From Syntrophaceae bacterium (GTDB lineage Bacteria; Desulfobacterota; Syntrophia; Syntrophales; UBA5619): DNA of 64,000 nucleotides. The stretch spans positions 16,174-80,173 of the forward strand of contig PLLC01000107.1 of the NCBI GenBank assembly GCA_003141195.1, given 5' to 3'. The notes under the pieces were generated by a model. The model was not told the origin of the DNA and did no database searches. It saw only the letters and a program-made list of their open reading frames with translations. The translations under genes and the position numbers were made by a program. Positions 27,977 through 34,285 of the stretch are shown here, piece by piece. Every line of letters begins with the position of its first letter. The stretch's first letter is position 1.

Positions 27977-28885
27977 CTAACTCAGCCTTCTCCTGACTCC
28001 TGCAAGGCCCATAAGCCCGAGGCCAAGAAGCAGCATGGTGGTTGGTTCGGCAACATCAAAATAACTGCCCACAACCGCACCGGCATCGTTGATGCCGCGA
28101 GCGGTAGTATAACGAATATTAGTGCCGGGGTAAATAATTTTGTTATACGTATCTCCGCTCATCAGGAAGCCGAAAGTATTGGCACCAGAGCCACTACCAC
28201 CCACAACCATTCCCGCATCATTGATGTCATAGGCGTAAGTATTATGTTCGCCTGGGTAATCGAATGAGGTATACGTATCTCCGGTTTTCAGGAAGCCATG
28301 CGTATAGTGGCCATCATAATAATAACCCACAACAGTACCGGTATCGTTGATGCCATAGGCGAGAGTCCAAACTGCGCCTGGGTAATCGAATGAGGTATAC
28401 GTATCTCCGTTTTTGAGGAAGCCATGCTCGAAACCAGACTTCCCATAAGAACCCACAACGGTACCGACATCGTTGATGCCAAGGGCGGAAGTATTGTGGT
28501 CGCCTGGGTAATCAAATGAGGTCAACGTATCTCCGGTTTTCAGGAAGCCATACCCTATGCCCGAATCACTATAACTGCCCACAATAGTACCGGCATCATT
28601 GATGTCATAGGCTGTGCCAAAACTGCCGGGAAGATCAAGTGATGTATACGTATCTCCGGTTTTCAGGAAGCCATTACAGTTGCTGTAACTGGATTCACAG
28701 TAATAACCCACAACGTTACCGGCATCGTTGATGCCAAAGGCGAGAGTATAAATAGCGCCGGGGTTATTAAGTGAGGTATACGTGTCTCCGCTCTTCAGGA
28801 AACCGTAAAACTCATCAGCATGTGCCGTGGAAAAAAATAGAAACAAAAATATTATGCAACAAATACTTTTTGATAGCGTTTTCAC
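27977..28885 (-). CDS. secreted HAF-family extracellular repeat protein with C-terminal PEP-CTERM sorting signal
   Basis: Start moved to GTG 28885 after GGGGGAGG (MKTLSKSICCIIFLFLFFSTAHA signal peptide). Six ~42-aa repeats (GFLK.GDTYTS.DYPG....A.GINDAG.VVG.Y). C-terminus VAEPTTMLLLGLGLMGLAGVRRRLS. Confidence 0.85.
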   Translation of the reverse strand: MKTLSKSICCIIFLFLFFSTAHADEFYGFLKSGDTYTSLNNPGAIYTLAFGINDAGNVVGYYCESSYSNCNGFLKTGDTYTSLDLPGSFGTAYDINDAGTIVGSYSDSGIGYGFLKTGDTLTSFDYPGDHNTSALGINDVGTVVGSYGKSGFEHGFLKNGDTYTSFDYPGAVWTLAYGINDTGTVVGYYYDGHYTHGFLKTGDTYTSFDYPGEHNTYAYDINDAGMVVGGSGSGANTFGFLMSGDTYNKIIYPGTNIRYTTARGINDAGAVVGSYFDVAEPTTMLLLGLGLMGLAGVRRRLS

Positions 28886-28940
28886 GGATTCCTCCCCCCA
28901 ATTAAATAACAAGATAAAGACCTAATGACTTGTAAAGCCA

Positions 28941-28985
28941 CACAAAAAAATAATAAGCCCCCTTTCATTTAACCCAACAGGGGGC
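28941..28985 (-). terminator. intrinsic-terminator-like hairpin ~55 nt upstream of the HAF gene start (transcript end or leader attenuator)
   Basis: Minus strand: GCCCCCT-gttgggttaaatgaa-AGGGGGC followed by TTATTATTTTTTTGTG. Confidence 0.55.
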
Positions 28986-29927
28986 ATATTTATGGTACTT
29001 TCCGGAAGAGACTCTTCATTGATAACTCCGTATGATGAAGGAACAAATCAACAAAGTCTTGAAAAGAAATACACTAATATCTAAGCACAAAATATGCCAA
29101 ACTATTTATAAATATTTATTATGCTTCGATGTTCCCTGATATATAACGATATAAGCATGTAAAAAATCATTTCTGCTTAATGGAATGAACCCTCTAATGC
29201 CCAAGTGCCATCATTAATCGTAAAGGTATCCGACACAAATGGTGGCCTATAATCATATAATAGCTACAAGCTGCTGTAATTATTGTATTGAACAATTATC
29301 AAAGTTGTAAGTATATCCGACACTATAGAATGTACAAGGCGAGCGTTACCAATCATAATCTTGTAAGTTCCAGCATGGCTGGCATGTGTGGATTTCAGGA
29401 AGTACGCATCAACCGGGTGAACCATAATATGTATGGACAGGGCCGGGGGGAGAAGCCCATTGTATGGATACCTTATTTGGGCATTCATCAGTCCTGCGGT
29501 ACGCACGAAGGCTAAAAAAGGTAACCATGAACTGTACCGTTTACGCTAAAGTAATCGAGACACCACGGAAATGCCTTTGATACGGCGGTAAGGAATCCAT
29601 TACCGCGTAACCCGCAAGGGGGGGGGAATTTTCACCTGAAGTTGATCTCAAATAGGGAGCACTGTAAAGGCAGTTAGGATTCCTCGCCCAAAGATGATGA
29701 ATAATTTAGATTCATCCGGGTCTTGCGTACTTCTCTCTCGTTCACCTGCTAACAAATGATTTTTAGAAGTCTGGATGTTAATGATTATGGAAAGAAAGGG
29801 GGAATATGAATAGTTTCAAAATTCACCCTTTCCCCGTAAATGATCACACACTGCATCCTTCAGAAACACCCGTCCCAGAAATACTGCCATCTGATTTCTA
29901 ATTACCATAAAAGTGCATTTAGGCGGA

Positions 29928-32522
29928 TCAATTAGTTCCGCCAAGCCCAGGCAGCCCATCGAGCATCATGCCGTCTGAGCTACCATTGAGCTGAAAACCG
30001 ACAACATTCCTGTCCGATGAATAGGCAATGTAGGTGGCGCCGCTGATATCCTGCTGCGGGAAGATCGCCTCCGCGAGATTGACCACTTTGGCATGGCCAC
30101 CGACAGGGAGCACCTGGGTGGCCACCGCAGTTCCATTATCATTATAGGCGGTCAGGGTAACGGACGCCGCGCTGTCTTCCGTGTTGACAAAAGCAATACC
30201 GGTCCAGCCGTTCTTCTCGATCTTGGCAAAGACGCCCGTCTTCGCGCCGGTCCCGCCGCTTCCTGCATAGGCCGCAAGCTGGTTGCCGTCGGTAGTGCCG
30301 AAAAGCTCAAAACCGCTGAGGGGCGTCGTGGAGTCTATCTTGAACCACGCCGTTTGAGCGGGGAGGCCGAGTTGCGAAACCGCGCCAATATATTTTCCCT
30401 TCCCCGCTATGGGAAGGGTTGAGGGGGAGAGGGGGGTTCCTGTGGCACTATAGGGCGTGATGGTTATCGTGCACGCCAACTCCGATGGGTTATAAGCCAC
30501 AATACCGGTCCACCAGATATCATCACTGGCCACGTGGGGGTAGTATATGGTCGAGGCGGTGTTGTCTGTAAGGAGGATTCCGTCCAGGTGGTTGTTGCCT
30601 CCGTTATTGCCAAACAGCTCCAGTCCAATGATGCCGCTTGCATTGGTGATCACCGCGGATTGAATGCCCGGCTGAGGTTGGTTATTGAAGAACTCCTGTG
30701 CGATGTCGAAAGCTCTGTGTTGATTCGCATTGAGTGTATAGGGCACGCTGTGGCCATTATTAAAGGTAATGGTCAGTACTTTTGTTGCCGAGGTTGTGTT
30801 CACCAGGCTTACCCCGGTCCACCAGTCAGTGCTTGAGGCTATGTGTGAGATATATATATCCGAGGTGTTCACCTCTTTGACCGCGGGGATTGCCGCCCTA
30901 TAGTACCCTTCTCTGTAAAACTTCGTGTAGCCCTGGACCGTAGCAGAGTCTGTGTCAAACGTTATGTAGCCTATGTTTGTGTGGTTGGAAAACTCATCTG
31001 CAACAGTGATCTGTCTGCGGCCGTGGGCAGAGAGTGTAACAGTCTTGGTCTCTACTAGCTGACCTTCATCACTAAAACTCCTCAGGGCGCCGTTAATTGT
31101 TTGATCGGGGCTGGTATTTATGATGGCTATCTCCGTTTGCCAAGGTAAGCTCGTGGCAATGTGGGGGAAGTAGAGAGCCGTTCCCGCTGTAGCAAAGGTC
31201 GCCGTGACGGTCTTGTCGCCTTCCATTGTTACCTGGCAGGTTGTCGATGTTCCCGAGCAGACTCCGCCAGACCAGATGGCGAAGATGGAGCCAGGGTCCG
31301 GGGTGGCGGTGAGGTTGATGGAAGCACCTTTGATGAAATAATTTGAACAGGTCGCGCCACAGGCAATCCCGGCGGGAGAACTGGATACTGTCCCGGAGCC
31401 GCCGCCGGATTTCAAAATGACCAAATTACCGAATAACCCAGACTGTCCCGACCGCACACAGCGCATTTCGTAGCTACCCGTCCTGGGCTCATATCCGACG
31501 TTGCCGGAGCCGAAGTACACGAGCCACACGAAGTCCATACTGCCAGTGTATGTAGTAGACGACCAATAATTGTATGGCACGGTGTTTGAGGCCAGGAGCG
31601 GATCGATAGCTGGGTTGTAGCGGGAATAATCCACCAGCGATTGCAATTCGTTGCGGTTGGGCAGCCGCCAGTCTGAATATCCGGCAAAAGAAAGATTCTC
31701 ACAGTAAGAAAGCGCGTTTTGCCATTTGTATGTTCCCGGGGGCGTAGCCTTCTGCCACATCAAACCCGACCCGGTGTCTGTTACCGTACCGTCCCCATTG
31801 TCCACCAGGGCGGCAGAGGCAACATTGTCGGCACGAACGGCGCGTGCGCAATAGCCACTCGCCATATAGTAGATGCCGACGTAGCCGCGCCCGAAGTCGA
31901 CGGGCCACGCGCGGCCCAAAAGGCCGGCGTAGGCAGTAGACGACCAACAGGACCACGTGGCATTCGGAAACCAGGCGGTATCGCTGGCCGGATTGTTGAT
32001 ACCGCTGTTGACCAGGGAGGAGAGTTCCTTGATCGTCGGCATCCGCCAGTCGCTGAAGCCGCCGAACTGGGCGTCGTTGATGGCCTTAATGAAGGCTTCC
32101 GTGTCCGTGGCGGCATTACCCGTTCCCGTTCCGCAGGTCCCCTGGTAGCCGCCTTGCGCCGTGGAATTCTTGTCACACCAGGTATATGTGTTGCCCTTAT
32201 CATGTATCCCGCCGTCATCGGTCTTCATCTCCCAGATGAGCCCCGTCACGTTGTCTCGGGTCATGAGCCAGCCGCTTTCCTGCGTGGCGGAATCGGATAG
32301 GGCAACGGCGTTTTGCCCTAACTTGGTGTAAGAACGGTTCGGGCCCTGATACTGAGCGTCCTGACCGTAAAAGGGCTGCCCAGGCGCTGGGCATGAAATC
32401 TCAACGAAGTCGTTATAGCACTTTGTCTGTCCTGTATCGGGAAACGGCCAGGCAAAGACCTCAGGCACGCACAACAGGACCAAAACCGAAATCCATGCCC
32501 ACATCTTCCAGCGAATCTTCAT
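29928..32522 (-). CDS. large secreted multidomain protein (2x DUF1566/Lcl-C-terminal-like, InlB-B-repeat-like module, four ~100-aa unnamed repeats)
   Basis: Start moved to MKIRWKMWAWISVLVLLCVPEVFA (ATG 32522).
- DUF1566-like blocks: GLIWEMK...FSDWRMPTIKELSSLV and GLMWQKA...YSDWRLPNRNELQSLV.
- B-repeat-like module: GGGSGTVSSSPAGIACGATC...VTATFA.
- Repeated Y.PH(I/V)A(S/T)..(D)WWTG motifs. Confidence 0.8.
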   Translation of the reverse strand: MKIRWKMWAWISVLVLLCVPEVFAWPFPDTGQTKCYNDFVEISCPAPGQPFYGQDAQYQGPNRSYTKLGQNAVALSDSATQESGWLMTRDNVTGLIWEMKTDDGGIHDKGNTYTWCDKNSTAQGGYQGTCGTGTGNAATDTEAFIKAINDAQFGGFSDWRMPTIKELSSLVNSGINNPASDTAWFPNATWSCWSSTAYAGLLGRAWPVDFGRGYVGIYYMASGYCARAVRADNVASAALVDNGDGTVTDTGSGLMWQKATPPGTYKWQNALSYCENLSFAGYSDWRLPNRNELQSLVDYSRYNPAIDPLLASNTVPYNYWSSTTYTGSMDFVWLVYFGSGNVGYEPRTGSYEMRCVRSGQSGLFGNLVILKSGGGSGTVSSSPAGIACGATCSNYFIKGASINLTATPDPGSIFAIWSGGVCSGTSTTCQVTMEGDKTVTATFATAGTALYFPHIATSLPWQTEIAIINTSPDQTINGALRSFSDEGQLVETKTVTLSAHGRRQITVADEFSNHTNIGYITFDTDSATVQGYTKFYREGYYRAAIPAVKEVNTSDIYISHIASSTDWWTGVSLVNTTSATKVLTITFNNGHSVPYTLNANQHRAFDIAQEFFNNQPQPGIQSAVITNASGIIGLELFGNNGGNNHLDGILLTDNTASTIYYPHVASDDIWWTGIVAYNPSELACTITITPYSATGTPLSPSTLPIAGKGKYIGAVSQLGLPAQTAWFKIDSTTPLSGFELFGTTDGNQLAAYAGSGGTGAKTGVFAKIEKNGWTGIAFVNTEDSAASVTLTAYNDNGTAVATQVLPVGGHAKVVNLAEAIFPQQDISGATYIAYSSDRNVVGFQLNGSSDGMMLDGLPGLGGTN

Positions 32523-32730
32523 TTCCCCCCTCCCAGCTATTTCAGAATCCAATCCCCATGATGTTGCTATCACCGGTCATGCCTTATTGATTGAATAATG
32601 GGATTTTATCTGGACCCGTCTAAAATTCTATCCAGTCTCCTCCTTCTCAACACACAAAACCCCACACTTTTTAAGAAACGGGGTCTTTATATTCGTTACC
32701 ATCTTTTCACTTCATTTTTAGAGAAATAAA

Positions 32731-33057
32731 TTACTTCCAGTTTCCAGACAATTGCCACCACGTAAGCACATCATTTGTAAAAGTGAGCCGGGCAGAAGGT
32801 CTTTGTACAGGAAGCGTCATGGCCACATTACCAACCGGCATAATTACCGTACCTCCTTCTCCATAAATCCATGTGCATACTCGTGTCTTTCCTGCTTCTG
32901 CGCATTGAGAAGGGGGGCCAAATCTTTGAAGTGCCTCCTCGTAAGACATTTCATTCATACGTGAATTTAACATATCTTGTGTCTCATGCGTTGTTGCACA
33001 TCCATTGAGGCATAAAAAAATTGCAACAAAAAGATAAAATATTGACTTTTTCATCAT
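32731..33057 (-). CDS. small lipoprotein (BamE/SmpA-like size class), function unknown
   Basis: Start moved to MMKKSIFYLFVAIFLCLNGC (lipobox LNGC). 108 aa. Confidence 0.6.
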   Translation of the reverse strand: MMKKSIFYLFVAIFLCLNGCATTHETQDMLNSRMNEMSYEEALQRFGPPSQCAEAGKTRVCTWIYGEGGTVIMPVGNVAMTLPVQRPSARLTFTNDVLTWWQLSGNWK

Positions 33058-33091
33058 CCACTCCTTCAAAACGCAAAACCCCGCACGGAAT

Positions 33092-33367
33092 TCACCGGCA
33101 AACATTTTGCCATCGTCCATTGACCTGCATATACTGGCACCGTGAAGTACCAATTGGCGGAACATTTATTGACGGCAGTGGCTTCAATTCCACTGACGGC
33201 AATGCCGGTATAGGCGGAACATTTATTGACGGCAGGTCATAGGTATTGTCGCAAATGTCTACGTACCGGCAATTGTATCCACCGTCGTCGCATACGTAAG
33301 AACTCCGGCAAACTCCAAAAGCATTTGTAGCAAACAACACAATAACCAAAATAATTAAACTTTTCAT
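33092..33367 (-). CDS. small secreted cysteine-rich protein with internal LPSINVPPI repeat
   Basis: Start moved to MKSLIILVIVLFATNAFG. The mature part has 8 Cys. A 23-nt DNA repeat at 33156-33178 and 33213-33235 encodes the duplicated LPSINVPPI. Confidence 0.55.
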   Translation of the reverse strand: MKSLIILVIVLFATNAFGVCRSSYVCDDGGYNCRYVDICDNTYDLPSINVPPIPALPSVELKPLPSINVPPIGTSRCQYMQVNGRWQNVCR

Positions 33368-33399
33368 CTCTCTATCTCCTTTTCTATTGCTGTTTTTAA

Positions 33400-33687
33400 T
33401 TACCGGCTCTTTAGACATTTAAACAATTGCCGTTCGATTTCCTTCTGAAATTCGTTTAAAAATACAGGGTCTGTCCGTATCTTTGCCAGGGCGCTTTCTG
33501 TAGCCTGCATAAGCCGATCTTCTTCCCTCTGGATCTTTTCAAGCATATCAGCCCGTCTTGCGATCCTGGATATAGTAGGCTGAGAGGTATGAAGTAATTC
33601 GGCAATCTTTCTTTGCGACGTGCCCACAGCCAGCGCATGGGCAAGTATCATTTTTATATGCGGTAAGTTGATTTTGGACTTATTCAT
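33400..33687 (-). CDS. small helix-turn-helix DNA-binding protein
   Basis: 95 aa. GTSQRKIAELLHTSQPTISRIARR is a classic HTH. Confidence 0.65.
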   Translation of the reverse strand: MNKSKINLPHIKMILAHALAVGTSQRKIAELLHTSQPTISRIARRADMLEKIQREEDRLMQATESALAKIRTDPVFLNEFQKEIERQLFKCLKSR

Positions 33688-33794
33688 CGTTTAATTTCCT
33701 CTTTTTGAATCAAAAGTCAATCGAAATGAATAGGAAATTATAATAATTGACTGTTCAGGCGTCACGCACACAGAGACTTTTATCCGGTACGGCA

Positions 33795-34193
33795 TCAATT
33801 CAAGCACGCCTTCAGCATCCGAAGATCGCTTTGAAGGGTTCCCATCCTCGCCCGTGGTCCTTTGGGGCCGGTCTGAATCTCCCGCCGAAAGGATGAAAAG
33901 AATTTCACCGGATCAATGATATGCAGGTGCGGTTCCAGATAGAACGGTGTTTCCGGTGGCTCTAATTTCATGAACCAGTCCATAAGGACTTGAACCTCCG
34001 GGGGCCATACGGCCTTCACATTTGCCCCAGGTTCAACGATCGCCCGGTGGGTGGGTGCTGCTAACCCATTGCTAACCTCAGCCACAGGGGGGGATTGTGC
34101 GGATATTGCTGGTAATTCCCCTATAAAGCCTTTTTTGACTTTTTCTCTCTCTCCTGTGGTAGCCATCGCCTTATATTTTTCAAGTAAATTCAT
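33795..34193 (-). CDS. hypothetical protein (island-encoded)
   Basis: Track ORF 33795-34244, with the start moved to MNLLEKYKAMA (34193) after GGAGAA. I recognise no motif. Confidence 0.45.
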   Translation of the reverse strand: MNLLEKYKAMATTGEREKVKKGFIGELPAISAQSPPVAEVSNGLAAPTHRAIVEPGANVKAVWPPEVQVLMDWFMKLEPPETPFYLEPHLHIIDPVKFFSSFRREIQTGPKGPRARMGTLQSDLRMLKACLN

Positions 34194-34213
34194 TTTCAAT
34201 TCTCCTGAAAAGT

Positions 34214-34229
34214 GTCCGCATAATCCGCA
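34214..34229. promoter_or_regulatory. operator-like motif, inverted copy (GTCCGCATAATCCGCA)
   Basis: Near reverse complement of TGCGGATATTGCGGAC at 34264-34279, 34 bp away. Lies upstream of ORF 33795-34193. Confidence 0.5.
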
Positions 34230-34263
34230 AAACCCCTTTGGCAATCTTCCTGCCGGGGGATTC

Positions 34264-34284
34264 TGCGGATATTGCGGACGGTTT
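34264..34284. promoter_or_regulatory. operator-like 21-mer TGCGGATATTGCGGACGGTTT (copy 1)
   Basis: Identical to 38509-38529, which lies upstream of the integrase start. A partial third copy TGCGGATATTGC is at 34098-34109. Confidence 0.55.
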
Positions 34285-34285
34285 C

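Noticed and set aside
28040-28830. Regular ~126-nt DNA periodicity that could be mistaken for a CRISPR-like or satellite array
   Set aside because: The repeats are in-frame coding units of the HAF-repeat protein. The 'spacers' are conserved too, and there is no leader or cas context.
29264-29515. Overlapping 75-80-aa ORFs on both strands in the AT-rich spacer
   Set aside because: They have no RBS and odd composition. They lie across the conserved noncoding block shared with 27661-27800, which has no matching ORF.
29618-29626. Nine-G homopolymer tract as a possible slipped-strand phase-variation switch
   Set aside because: It lies ~730 nt from the nearest start codon and in no promoter spacer or coding frame I can define. 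I note it only as a sequencing/variation hotspot.
33127-33150. TGGCAC-containing string as a sigma-54 promoter (rpoN is in the window)
   Set aside because: The -12 element is absent (AGTA instead of TTGC), and the site is inside and antisense to a coding region. A similar near-match at 45075 lies inside the methyltransferase gene.
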